The notes below the pieces were generated by a model. That model was not told where the DNA came from. It was given only the letters and a program-made list of their open reading frames with translations, and did not search any database. From Eledone cirrhosa (Eukaryota), in the NCBI GenBank assembly GCA_964016885.1, contig OZ024751.1:21700001-21764000 (forward strand): DNA of 64,000 nucleotides. The letters run 5' to 3'. A program made the translations under genes and the position numbers. Each line of letters begins with the position of its first letter. Position 1 is the first letter of the stretch. Positions 26,301-41,275 of the stretch are shown here, in pieces.

Positions 26301-29300
26301 ACAACACTGCTAATTTGCCGCCCTGTCTATACAGAACTGAGAGGAGACCATATCACTGTGATATTATTGTAGTATATCATTATCTGATAATCAAGGAATT
26401 AAGAAGTGTTTTTGTGGCCTACAAACCTGAGGCAAAGCCGGAATAAGTCATCAACAGTATCAGGGTGATTTCGAAGACCATTATGTTCTTCCAGTTGTTT
26501 GAAGGCTGGCGTACAAAATGCCTGGAAAAAGGAAATGAAAAGTAAAATGCTTAATGAAAAAAAAAACACACACACACACATATATATAAAATAGTAAGAT
26601 TTATTATTGATCCGAATAAACAAGATCCCAAACCTCATTTGCTTATGATTGAGGTGGAAGTTGTCAGATCAGACTAAGGAAACAATGTTTCCATTGGTCT
26701 TTCCAATTGCTGATACTATCTACCAGTCGAAATTCCTGGCAGAAGGAGCAACATGAAATAAAGCATATTGCTCAAGGACATAACGCACCACTCAGGGGAA
26801 TGGAAAGTCAATTAAATCATCCTCAATGCATTGCAGGTACTTTATTTTATCGACCCAGTAAGGATGAAAGGCAAAGCTAACATCGCCAGGATTTGAACTC
26901 TATGGACATAACTATATACCTTTCAGTAGCTTAATAATAAAAAAAGTCAGAGTGTACTGGATGCCTTTATATCGTAGATACCAGCACTAGGAAGGATGTC
27001 ATGCTTTGAATTGTTTCTACAGTTGGATGCCCTTCACAATACTAACCACTTTACAGAGAGTACGGAATATGTTTTTATCATGAAACCGACATCATTGTTA
27101 TCATCATCACCATTGTTTAACGTCAACTTTTCCATGCTGGCATGAGTTTTGGGTGGGACAATTTAAGCCAATGTTTTACAACCAGATGCCCTTCCTGACG
27201 CTAACTCTTTTAGTCACTACATACAACATACAAGGATACGGTGTACCTATTCTAAATCAGATAAAGGCCTTATAACTATATATGATATTAGAGAATATTA
27301 AGTGTTGTGGTCCTTACTTGAAGCATATTCAACAAACCAGGGACACAATTAGGGTCTGTGCCATATTCATCGACTAAAATACTTCCAAGGTAAAGAAAGC
27401 AGGAGTGTTGATGGACTTGATACAGATTAACCATCTGCAAGGAAAGGAATAATAAATAATAATATCATTAATAATAATAATAATAATGATTAATAACAAC
27501 AACAACAACAACAACAGCAGCACCAGCAGCAAAAATAATAGTTCTTAATCCTTTTGATACTAAGCCACCCGAAACTGCCCCTGGTTCCATGATACAAAAA
27601 CGTTTATATTTATCTAAAAACCTTCCATCATAATGTTATATTATATTCAAAATGTTTATATTCCAAATGCCAGTTTAATATTTAGTTAGTTATATCACTA
27701 AACCTCTGCAAATTCGTGAATATTTTCAAAAATATTTGAAAGCAATGTAATGAAAGATTTAACCCTTTTATTGTGAACATATGCAACATTAACACTTTAG
27801 CGTTTACATTACTCTATATATATACTATTGTATTTTCAAAGTATAGGCTTTATCTCACATAATATCAAATCTACGAGATTTTAATATTTATTTTGAGAAC
27901 AATACCTTAACGTCGGTATGAGCAGCTGGTTATAACCGGTTTGAACAGAAAGAAGTGAGAGAATTCTGGCCGGATGTGGCCAGTTTAAATACTAAAGGGT
28001 TACGGCCTTTATATTTATATCAAAATCTCTGAATATATGAATGCTAATGTGAGATTGGGTTTGGTTAACACCAATATTTAAAGTTACAGATATTTTACTC
28101 AACCATTTCAAACTCAATTATACTGAAAATTTAATTAAAATATACAGGCAGTCTCTCTATTAGAAATACAATCAGTATTTTGGCACTATTTCCCCAAATA
28201 TAACAATATTAGTTTCAACACACCATTCCATATCAAGAATCTTGCAAAACAAATACATAATCAAAGAATAGAATAATAGAATAATTATTGCCTTAGCCCA
28301 TTTGCTACCATGTTTCTAATGAAAGATATAGTCTGAGATTTTCAATTTTTTTTTAAAATAATCCAGAATTGATTTAAAAATATAACTAACTTTTTCATTA
28401 TTTATCTGGAATCTGGAACATAACAGAGGTTATTACATAAAATTATGATGGAAGGGTTTTTAATTAAATATAAACACTTTAAAATAAACCATTTTGTATG
28501 ACAGAACCTTGGGCAAATTCATGTGGTTTGGTGTCAAAAGAGAATAACAATTTTAAGAACATTTTTTTATGAATCTAAGAGGAAAAGTAGCAGTCTTACC
28601 TGAGTTACTAAAGGTTGTAAAACAGACGCCGAGTTCTTACCAAGACAGCGAATGGCGAAACGAATACAGCGACAACATCTTTCCACAATACGGACATCTG
28701 TTTGGTACTTTTCACAGGCTTGGGACAACACTGGGAATATCTTATGTCACAAAAGAAACAGAAGATAATTAAATATTTTACTCATATGGGCGTATGTGTG
28801 TATGTATATTTTCACATCCCCTTTTCCATGCTAGCATAGATTGAATGGGAAATTTTGAAATGGTGTTTAACAGCTGGATGCTTTCCTTAACACCAACCCT
28901 TTTAGTCACCTCTTATGAAAAGCAGATATATGTATACCATCAAGACGAGGTCACCTAATAAATTTAGTATGTGACAACCCACCTAACCCATACAAGCATG
29001 AAAAATAAGATGTTAAATATTGATGATATATATATATATATCGATAAATAGATAGATAGTCACATAAAATGAACAGATAACTGGATTTCTACCTCACCAG
29101 CCACCTTACCGGCATGCAATTTTGTGCACTTTCTCACTTTCTATGTGCGTGTGTATACGTATATATATACAAATTACTAAAATAATAATAATAATTAATA
29201 ATATAATATAATATAATATGAGAAAAATATTAATTTACCTCCTGAATGACAGACTGGCAAGGATGAGGTTGTCCATTTGGAACTGATGGGTTTAAATGTC

Positions 29301-29784
29301 TGACAAGACAAGACAAAGTAGATATGATGTAAATTATTAAACACTCTAATTAATGGTATTAGTAATAGTAGTAATTGTGACCTATCTACTTCTTCTTCTT
29401 GAGTCATCCCTCCATCAAAGGTGAAGCATTCACTAAGTTCTTGTTCCTGACTTACTGATTTCTCACCACAGCCAGAAGATCCTGTCCAGTGAGGTTAGGG
29501 TCCCTCACCAACAGATTCCTGATGGCTATGTTTGGACATCCTTCTTGGTGCTTTGCATCTGGTGACCAGAGAAGCAGTTACCCTGCAAGTTCATTATGGT
29601 GGAAACATGACCAGCAAGAGCCAAGCAATGGGACCGAACTTTCGATGAAACTCATGGTCGATCACCTTAAAGAACTTTGTTGGTAGTGTGACTTTGCCAC
29701 GAAATGTTGAACATAATAGAGATTAATTAATACGTTAATAACAAATGTCAATAGTTGACAGGTTTAAAGAGTGAACAACAGAGC

Positions 29785-29831
<47 letters not shown>

Positions 29832-32800
29832 AAACAGAAATAACAAAGCAAACGACACAGTACAATGAAGAAATATATTAGTTTAACACTTGAAATAACA
29901 GGAAAAGAGTCTCAATGATTTGGAGCACTACCCCGTCATCAGAAGATAGAATGAGAAATAAAAGAAGAAATAGAAAGATAGGTAGACAGACCAGGCCATA
30001 AGGTGTCCACTAGGCAGACAGACCAGGCCATAAGGTGTCCACTAGGCAGACAGGCCAGGCCATAAGGTGTCCACTAGGCAGACAGGCCAGGCCATAAGGT
30101 GTCCACTAACCAGACCAGTGATATAACACTAATACATGAAGGAAGATGCTATCTCAAGCCAACAGTTCATCAGGCCGGTCCTTATCCCTGGTTTCCTTGA
30201 CAAACGACTGAGAATACAAAATTCTCCCTGGAGAGGATGCCGGTATATGGTAGGGTTAACTCCCCAGCTGCTGCTAGTACTTACTCTCAACTGAATATAT
30301 TGGAGTATGTGAAATAAGTTTTTTGCTCTACAACACAACGTGCTACCTGGTCCAGGAATCAAACCAATGACATTATGATCACAAGTTGAACACTCCAACC
30401 ATTAGACTATGAGCTTTCAAAGGAAACCACATGGTTAATTTAATTTGATATGCTGTGGTTGTAGGGGCACCGATTTGGCATACGGTGTTACTTGGGCAAT
30501 TTCAGCCTGGTGGAACCTATCCCTCTCCAGGTCTGAACACAGCAGATGGGAGAGAGACTGAACCCCATTACTAGACTGGAACTTTTTTATGGACCTCAAA
30601 AGGATAAAATGCTAAGTTACTTACCTGAAAATTGCAGCTAACCCATCTAACCAAAGTGTTGGGTCATGACTACTGCCTTGCTTTACAGTAACTTCTCCTT
30701 CATTAATTAACTGCAACAAATAATGATGTTAGGATGATTTAATGGATATCAATAGCTATTATAATAAATATTAGTAATCTTAATAATGAATTAATATAAA
30801 ATACAGACATGGTTCAGTTAATATTACTAGTGTACAGAGTGTACTAGACATATTTTATCATGACACCAGCAGTGGAGAGGTTATTCTGTCCTTCACACGA
30901 CTAAAGAATCCTTTCATCCTTTTGTCTTTACATGGAGTTTTGTTTTTAAAGTGACTTGCATTGATATTGCAGTAAGGGTGGAATCATCATCATCACTGTT
31001 TAACATCTATTTTCCACACTAGCACGGGTTAGATGAGTTGTCCTGTTGTGAGACATGTCAGATCAGGTATGGGTTATAGCTGTCATCTATTTGCCAAGTC
31101 AGATCAGGTGACCATGTCTTGCTCAAACAGAACTGTTTCTGGCTTAATTTCTATGGCTGAATGCCCTTCCTAATGCCAAACACATTTACAGCATGGAGTG
31201 GGTGCTTTTTATCGTGGCACCAAATTGACCAACTCATAGGTTGGACTATATATTTAAAAATTAACCGCAGGTTTAGATCAATTAGGCTTGATCTATCTAC
31301 TACATATACAGGAGTAATAAGATTAATTGTTATCTTTGGAAAGAAAAAGAAAGAGGTACAGCTAATCATCATCACCACCACAAACACCATCATCCAGTCG
31401 TGCTGGTTGCATGGATACTCCTAATTTGCACTCTCCAACTATCTCGATCACCCATTGCTCTTGGTAGACCTACAGTGCATGTTGTAGCATGACAAAATCA
31501 TCATGGTGTAGTTCTTACATAGTCAACAAACCTTGGTAACTCCATGGGAGGTGTTCAACAACAATACATCACTGACAATTTCTTCTTTCTTTTTCCAGCA
31601 GTATCCAACAAAACACATCCTTCTTTCTCAGATGACTTGGGAGATAGAGGCTAGATGTCCATAAAGTTATTGCTTGGTGGGGTGTTTGTCATCATGATAT
31701 ATTCAATAAAAGATGGAGCATTTGCATGGGTAATTACCACCTAGCTTCTTTTCAAGTCTGTTAGTCAATGTCCAGGTGGAGCTCCCATACAGCAAAACTG
31801 AGGTTACAACAGCTTATACAGCTTAAAGACAATTGTATATATGTCATAGGTTACCTTATTTAGTGGTGTCAGTTGGAAAGAACACAGTTTCTTCAAGCCT
31901 TCTCCAACATTCTCATATGGCAACTGAGTCAGGATAGTTGCAGTTCCTTAAACAAAAAAACAAAAATGGGAAAAATAGTTTTAATAATGATATCAATAAT
32001 TGACAAACTTCACAAATTTTGGAAAAAAAACAATTAGATCAAATCTTTACAATTTATCAAGGCATTTGAATGATTTTAAATTCGAAAATGTGGAAATCCA
32101 AATACAGATTTGCTACAATGATAATAGAATAGGAATCGGTTGACAAGATCCCAGACCTCATTCAAGTGGGGAGGGGCTTGTCTAATTGAATCAAGGAAAC
32201 AATTTTTTTATTTGGTTTTTCCATTGCTGATACTATCTACCAGTCACAACTCCTAACAGAAAGAATATGTGAAATAAAGTGTCTTGATCAAGAACAAAAC
32301 ATGTCGCTCAGTCCAGGGATCGAACTCGCATCTATTATTAAAACCTCCTGTGAGATGCAACCCTCACATGGAGCCAATTAAGCCTGCATAGGTGTGAGCA
32401 GTAAAAAAAATGTATGATAAATGTGAAAGATTTGCAAGATTTACCTTTTAGTAAGCCAATGGCAGCATCGTTAGATAAATTAAAAGAATCCATGGCTTGT
32501 GCAATCTGAAGAAGGCCGTCAAAGTGCTCTCTCATTTGGGAACGACAGGTGGTGCAGATACTTTGAAGGGCGGTTGCAGACACAGATGCCAAGAGAGATT
32601 GTTGGAGACCACCCAAGAGAAACTGTAACACAGGATCTGAAAAGAAATAAGAAATTAATAATATTATTGGTTTCCTTTTCAACTTTAATTTACATTTAAA
32701 ACATTAAGACAGTAACTGCAAAGCTGAACTGAATCTTATTAATGTCATATCATCATGGCTAAAAAACATCCAGTCCACCCTGTAAGGTAGTCATGCTGAC

Positions 32801-35800
32801 GTCACCACAAAAAGCACCCATTCCATTTTTAAAGGTGACTGTTCTGGTGCTTCATCAAATAACACCCAGTCCATCCTGTAAGGTGGTCATGCTGGCGCCA
32901 CAACAATAAGTACCCATTCCACTTTTAAAGGTGGTCGTTCTGGTTCCACAACAAACAACATTCAGTTCACCCTGCAAGATGGCTTAGCTGGTGCCACAAC
33001 AAAAAAGCCCCCTCACCACCTCACCGATATGGTAAATATAGAAATAATTCAAAATCGGAAAAGAAAGAAGAAAAAGAACAACAACAAGGTGTCTGTTAAC
33101 TTACCTAACAGATGAGGATGTTTCTCAATCCATTCACACAATTCTCCAATCAGTTGTATACTGGTATACCTGACAGCCACATGACAGTCGGCAGGTAATG
33201 ATAACATTGCTTCAATTACTTGAGGTACATCATTTTCATCTCTGAAATTTTCAACAAGAATACATTATAGCTATCTCAATATATATATGTGTGTGTGTGT
33301 GGCCTAGTGGTAAGTGTGTTGGACTTACCATCATAACATCATGGGTTCGATTCCTGCACTAGGTTGTGAAATATATGTATACGTTTTTTCGAATTTCATT
33401 GTTTAGGCTTCACTACCAAAATAAAAACCCAGTTGACTATTTTTCCTTAAATATATATATATAATCATTACTGATGTGGGTTTGATTCCTGGACTGGGTT
33501 GTGTGTTGTGTACTTGAGCAAAACACTTCATTTCACATTGCTCCAGTATACTCAGCAACTAAAAGGATTGATGCCAGGAAGGGTACCTGGCTGTAAACAG
33601 TATCAGCAATGGAAAGATGAGTTCCTTTGATCTGATTTCATTATCAACTCCTTTCCATTACTGATATAAATATGTATTATAAAGGATGAAAAAATGAAAG
33701 AGTACAATGGGTTGGCAGGTGAAGGTTTTATTTCACACATCTTATCAGGTTTCCAACTCATGAGAAAAAACAAGCGCCCTTAGTGCTGTAATGTGGCCAT
33801 GCTGGTGCCACAATAAAATACACCCAAGCCACTATGTAAAGTGGTCATGTTGGTGCCATAATAAAATACTCCTAGTCCACTCTGTAAAGTGGTAATGCTG
33901 GAGTCATGATAAAATACACATAGTCCACCCTGTAAAGTGCTATGATAAAATACACCTAGTCTACCTCGTAAAGTGGTAGTACTGGTACTAAGATAACATG
34001 CTCACAGCACATGCTGTAAAATGGCTTGTTTCAGAAATGTATCGAGTTGTTGAAACCAAGCCAAAAAAGTGTAACATTTGGGCAAGACACAGTCATCTGA
34101 CCAGTCTAGCCCCAGAATATGACAACTAATATAACTCATGCCAACATGGAAAATAGATATTTGACGACGATGATGATGATAATACTTACGGAGAAACATT
34201 TTTGGCAACAGCAGTCATTAGGAATAAACCTGCTTCAGCAATATCCCAGGAACTGCTAACTGATTGTGCTTGGAGAGTTGTAAACATCTGCACAACAACA
34301 GACAAAATATTTAGAAATCTATTTTATATTTTATAATATTTATTTATTTTAACAATTTAAACGTCCGTATAGAGCTAGTAAGCTATGGCAGACTAGGAGA
34401 GTCTAATAACCTCTTATAATTAAGAAACCAAAACCAGACAAAGACAAAGAAAGAAAAGAAAATGGAATACAAATAATAGAGGTCATAGATGGTCAAGGAA
34501 AGTCAATAGAGCTAGGAGAAAGTACATGGCCTAGTGGTTAGGGTGTTGGACAGTGGGTTTGATTCCTGGACCGGACAATGCACTGTGTTCTTGAACAAGA
34601 CATTTTGTTACGTTGCTTTTCATGACAGGACTCAGACTCCTATCAATAAAGCAGTCATGAAACCTTCTATGAGATGCAACGTTTTAAGAGGCCAGTTAAA
34701 TCTACGTAGCTCTGAGCCTTAACAACAACATAAGACTAGAACACTATCACGCATGCCCGTCTAACCCATGCAAACATGAAAAAATAGACGCTAAATGGTG
34801 ATGATGATGATATATATAACAAGTAAGCAGGAACAAAGTCAAGGTTGCACCATAAATGAACTTTATTGCATATGACAATTGCTTCGATATCGATCAGCTC
34901 AGGGTTCGAACATAATGGTTGGGTCCTGACAATGTAGTGACATCTCATGAGATATGCATTCATAGGCACAGAACACATTCAAAATTACACACACTCACAC
35001 ATATACAACAAATAAAACGAAAAGTAATACCTGTGTAAAACAAACTGATGGTCCGACAATAAATATAATATCCTTTGTTAATTCAGAGACTCTCGTTCTA
35101 AATTCTCCAAAATCTGAACTCTCATCAGGGACACCTTCCTATAATAAAACGGTAATAAAAAAAATCAGGAATAAATATTAAAGTTCACTTTGAATTCTGA
35201 CTGTCACAGTTATGATGACAATGACAATAATAAAGGTTTCTGATTTAGGCACAAGGCCAATATTTTTTTTGGGGGGGAGAGGAGAAAGTTGATTAAATCA
35301 ACCCCACTGTGTTACTGGTATTTCATTTTATCAACCCTGTTAGGATGAAAGGCAAAGTTAACTTTGGCAGGATTTGAAATAATAATAATAATACTATGTA
35401 AATTGCTGCAGTTGATAATAGACTTACATGATCTGGTTCAAGTTGGCAATGCCGACATAAAGCTACAATAAGTCTCTGAATATAAGGACGGAATATTTCG
35501 TTCATCTGTTGATCATTTTTGTGGTAGAGTTCTTCCGAAAGACGATACCAAAAGTTAAAAGTGATTTCAGCAACCTGCAATAAATAAAATATGAAACATT
35601 CTTTAAGTCTTTTGATACTAACATTGCCTAAAACCAGCTTCTATGAAACAAACCCATCCATTTTAAAGAGATCTAATTTATATTTAAAATTTCCAACATA
35701 ATTTTTATATATGTTGTGTTACAAATAGAATCTTGATAATGAAATAATTATTAATTTTACTAAACTTCTCCAAATCCTTCATTAATTAATTCAAATCCAC

Positions 35801-38611
35801 TGTATTCCATTAGCCCCGATATTACGGCAATGTGGTTAGAATATCTCAGGAAAGAATCACTGGACAGATTTTACAGGCAAAACCAACCAGCAGGAGACCC
35901 AGAGCAAGGTGGTTGGAGAACATCCACGAGCTCAGCTGGTCTCATTTGGGGATTCAGCCAAATCAATTGGAGGAGGTTGCTTCTGACGGTAGCACTACAA
36001 GGCATGTTTGAAGATTCTGCCCCACGACCCTCTCAGGAATATGTGGGCAAAGAAGAAGAGGAGAAAATATGGTTACAGAAAGGTTAAAATGTTTCCAAAC
36101 CAAGAATTGTCACTGACGTTCAGATATTTCAATAAGTGGACACTGAAATCATTGGAATTACTTTTCTCCTTCTGTTATTATTTCTATAAAAAAATATATT
36201 TTCCCAAATGAACTTCATACTTACTTCATATAAGTGATGTCCAACACATGTTAAAAGCAGATCTAAGGATGTAAAGTCACCAAGACCCTGCAAAAAATAA
36301 ATAAATCATCATAATAATAACAATAGGAATAATGGTTTCCGATTTAGGCACAAAGACAACAATTTGGAAGGTAGGGAGAAGACGATTGCATTGATCCCAG
36401 TACTTAACTGGTACTTAATTCAATCGACCCTGGAAGAATGAAAAGCCAAGTACACCTCAAAAGGATTTGAACCCAGAATGTTAACTAAATGCTGCTATAC
36501 ATTTGTCCAACGCTCTAACAATTCTGCCAATAATAGTTTCTAATTTAGGCGCAGGGCCAGCTATTTCAGGGGGAAGGGACACATGAAATAAATAATAATA
36601 ATTGTTTCTGATTTAGGCAGAAGGCCTACAATTCTGCGGCAGGAGAAAGTCAATTATACTCACCCCAGTGTGTTATTGGCACTTTATTTTATCAACCCCG
36701 TAAGGATAAAAGGCAACGTTAAAATAAGCGGGAATTGGACTCAGACCATAATGTTTCTAATTTAGACACAATAATGGTTTATTTATTTATTTATCATTTC
36801 ATTTCATTTTACGTCCGCTTTTCCCTACTTGCAAGGGTGGGACTCAAAACAAGAAGACAGAGAGGAGAAAATAAAGAGAAAAAACTCCAATACAAATATT
36901 AGAGGTTAATAATAATTGTTTCTACTTTTGGCACAAGGCCAGCAATTACCCCAGTGCATTACTGGTGTTTTATTTTATAGACCCTGTAAGGATGAAAGGC
37001 AAAGTTAACCTCGGCGGCTTTGAATTCAGAACGTAAAGGGCCATAACATGCTGTCTGACGCTAACAGGAAGGACACATGGACATATTAGCTGACAATAAG
37101 ATAGAATGGCCATATCCGGAATGTTTTGACGATAGAGGCCAGCTTGATCAGGGCTAACTTGGGGTGAAACAACATTTTTAACTTACCTGATTTGGACTAG
37201 AAATTACAGCAGGTAAAAATGATTCAGCCATTTCTGCAAAAATTCTACAATAATTGATAGTTCTGGAAAACGAAAAGAAATTTCTTGTGTTTAAAAATAT
37301 ATATCATCACTAAATGCCCGATTTCCCTGCTAGAATGGGTTGGACGGGTCTACACAGACCAAGTCAGTACTGAAACAGGGCTACTGAACTCCCAGACAGA
37401 CAGCCATATTGAGTACTGAGAAGTTGTGTCTTTTGACACAAACTAAAGGGTCTACATAACCCTTTGTTTGGCAAGCTTTCCACACCCAAATAGTTAACTC
37501 ATAACATCATGTAATGATTCAGCAGACAATTTCTAAAAACTTTAATTCAAATGTACATCTTTATGTATATCTTTACTATATTAGAGTAAAGATTTTAATT
37601 TTTACTGATACACCTATTGCTACTTTGTACTTTTTCAACGATGGATTTTTTTTTTTTTCCTTTTTAAATAAAAATATTGGGAGTACTCTCACCTAATACC
37701 AAGATATTGGTTTAAAAACAGAAGACTGATCAGAGTGGGAAAGGAGGGGGAGAAAGAAATCACAATAGGGAAGAGAGATATAAAAAGATAGTCTGATATA
37801 TATATCTTGAGAGAGATAGAAAGCAATAGCAATAGATAGAGAAATAAAGTCTTCTGTTCATCAAAATGAAAAATTAAATGATATTCACAGCTCACAATTA
37901 TGCAGGTTTAGCTGGCCACCTACAAGGTTATATTTCATAGGAGGTTTCCAGGGTGTTTTAATGATAAAGGACCCATGCATATCATTAAAATCAATGTGAA
38001 ATCAAGTATCTTTCTCAAGAACACAATATACCACTCAGTCCAGTAATTGAATCCATGACCTTATGATTGAAGCCAAACAGAATAACCACTAAGGCCACAC
38101 ACCTCTGATCATTGGCCTTTGCTTGAACTCCAAGTATTAAAACAACAACAGCAAGTCTACTTGATCAAGGCTGATGTTGATATCTATACAACTAAAAAAT
38201 CATAGAAATAAATTCAAAAACATATCATCATTGCTTTGCATCAACTTTTCCATGCTGGTATAGGTTGGACAGGACATTTTGAGGAAATGTTTTACATCCA
38301 GATGGCCTTCCCAACTCCAACCCTTTTAGTTGCTTCTTACGACATGCAGGGAGGATACTGTGTTTCTATTCTAAACCAGATACACACCGTTATATAAAAC
38401 AATTTTTTATACGGAACTGATCGTGTTAGCAACCCAAATATAATAGAAATTTCAACATACTTGTCAGTATCTTCTTGTGCCACAGATATATGGTATGCTT
38501 CTTGCAGAGTTAAAACACCCTGGAACAGAGCTTTGGCTAAATCCAAATTTTTTCCTAATTCCTGAAAAATTAATGAATATTGTAAAAGGAATAGCAAAAG
38601 TAAAGAAAACA

Positions 38612-38643
<32 letters not shown>

Positions 38644-40185
38644 ACATTTGGAAATATAAACAAGAGGAAAAGTACTCAATACATAAAGTTTTATCATCAT
38701 TATTGAACGTCTGCTTTTCTATATATTGATTGAACCCCATATAAATTGCCGTATATACTTGAACATAAGCCAACCCCACTATTTTGTGTCTGAGAAATGG
38801 ACAAAAGCCCAAATTTGATTTACTTAGAATTTGAAGTTACTGAAAATCGTCAAAATATTGAATAATAAATAAATGTTTAAAAAAATGAATCTTACCTCCA
38901 CACTACACAGTGCTGAACAGATACAATCTGCTGCAGCTTCATGAAGATTTGAAGGACAATCCTTGATTGACTGAAAAACATAAAAATGATTCATTATAGA
39001 CAAAATATTCATTATACACAAGTGCTTGTCAAAAGACATGACAACTTCTCCTATGCACTCAATAGAGCATATGACCATTCGTAAATGAGATACAGACACT
39101 TCGACCAGTCTGGGAGGTCAGTAACCCCGCTTCAGTATTGACTTGGTCTAGACGTTAAGTGATGATGGATGACCAATCAACTGAACCATACTCAACTCCT
39201 GTTGGCAGGTAACACTTCAGCACTTTGTTTGTTGAAGGTTTCATTTAAATAATTGCTACAACCACTGAGATCTGCACTCATGGATCTGAGATCTTCACTC
39301 AAGAACTTTGCTAAAAGTTTAATGCCTAAAAATTTACTTTTGTTTGTTGAAGGTTTCATTTAAATAATTGCTACAACCACTGAGATCTGCACTCTTGGTT
39401 GGCTTCACTCAAGAATTTGCTAAAAGTTTAATGCCTAAAAAGTTACTTGGGTATATTGTCTGAAAACAATGGATGTTTGTGGTTGGGATGTCTTTGGTCA
39501 CATTGAAAACTTACTAGGGTGATTTGTCTGGAAAACAATGGATATTCATAGTTCAGATGTTTTTGATCACACTGATCAGGGTTGATTTGCAAAAAAGGAG
39601 AGGGAAGGGGTTTAAACAACAACAGCAGCAACATATACCATTCCTCAAACATATTATATGATTCAAGGCTCCAGCTATTGACCATTATGGTTGTCATACT
39701 GATCCGATATACGTACCAGTGCATGAAATGCCGTATGCAAGACTGCTGAGTTCACAATTTCCTCCTGCGAAACTGCATTTATGTTAAACCAACTTCCCAG
39801 ACAGCGGAAGATCTTCATTTGCAGTCGAGTCTCACACTGGTTATTTTTGATACACGCTGTCTGAAAATGAGAAAATATATAAAATAAGATAAATAAAAAA
39901 AGAAGACATTTGCCGTCAGCAAATATAGAGTTGGGGTAAATATATTGGGGTAATAACACATAAATAACGAATATATCTATATCTATAAGCAAGTATGTTC
40001 TTCGTTCCCTCCTCTTGTTACTCTCTATCTTTTTATTTCTCATTCTATCTTCTGATAAAGGACTCGTACCCGAAATGTTAAGACTCTTTTCCTACTATTT
40101 CAAGAGTTAAATATATTTCTAAATTGTACTGTCATTTATTTTGTTATTTCTGTTTACCTTTTACACACACACACACATATATATA

Positions 40186-40217
<32 letters not shown>

Positions 40218-41237
40218 ATGAGCATATACAGGTATATGAGAAGTAAATAATGAATATATGTAAGCAAAAAAGAAGGACACATTGGATAATGTAGTTCTAG
40301 ATATACTAAGTCTAAAAAAAAAAGATAATAAATAAATAAAGATGAATATAGTTGGTGAATGTATTTGACCATAGGTTGGCTCTATCAGCACTAACCCATA
40401 GCTAAACAACAACATTAACCCTTTAATATTTCAACCGGCCAGAATTCTTTCACCTCTTTCTATTGAAACTGACCATAACCGGCCACTCATACTGACATTA
40501 AGATATTGTTCTCAAAATAATTAATAGCGTTATCAAAATCTTGTAGATTCCATATTATGTGACACAAAGTCTTTACCATGAAAATATAATAGTAATATAA
40601 ATGCTAAAGGGTTAATTTTCAACACAATAAGAATAAATATAGAAGTAAAATTGTGAGTGATTATATACTTACAAGAAGTTGCACAACAACCGGTGAGGTT
40701 TTGAGCAGGTCATAGGAGACTTCCATCCGTCTATTAGCACCAAGACGCAGAGCTTTACTACCAATCTAGAGCAGAAAAATAAAGAAATAAAATATATAAA
40801 TAACTGTTTCTTCTTTTGGCACAAGGCCAACAAATTGACACAACAATGGCATGCAAATCAAATACTTTTTTCTGTTTGTTATAATAATAATAATAATAAT
40901 GAAATATTGTGTACAGTGCTCAGATGTATGCCATAATTCCTTTATTGATTAACTAATTATGCAATCCCCACCTAATGATGTCGCCAGGATCTTATATAAC
41001 CAGGCCATTGAAATATATATAGTGTTTTTGCAACAATGAAACTTTAAAGGACCATCACCGGTCCGGCTTCCTGTTATTTTAATCAAACTAATATTTAACT
41101 ACATTCCGGCACCAACCACAGGATTCAACATCAATGTTGGATGACTTGCGTTACATAGAGTGCTTTTCCTACTATTACATCATCGTTAACTAAATGGAAC
41201 AACCAGTTCTATCCAGTGGTGAACCACTAAACATAAA

Positions 41238-41275
<38 letters not shown>

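Noticed and set aside
29984-30108. CRISPR-like 32-bp repeats
   Set aside because: No spacers; head-to-tail minisatellite in a eukaryotic intron
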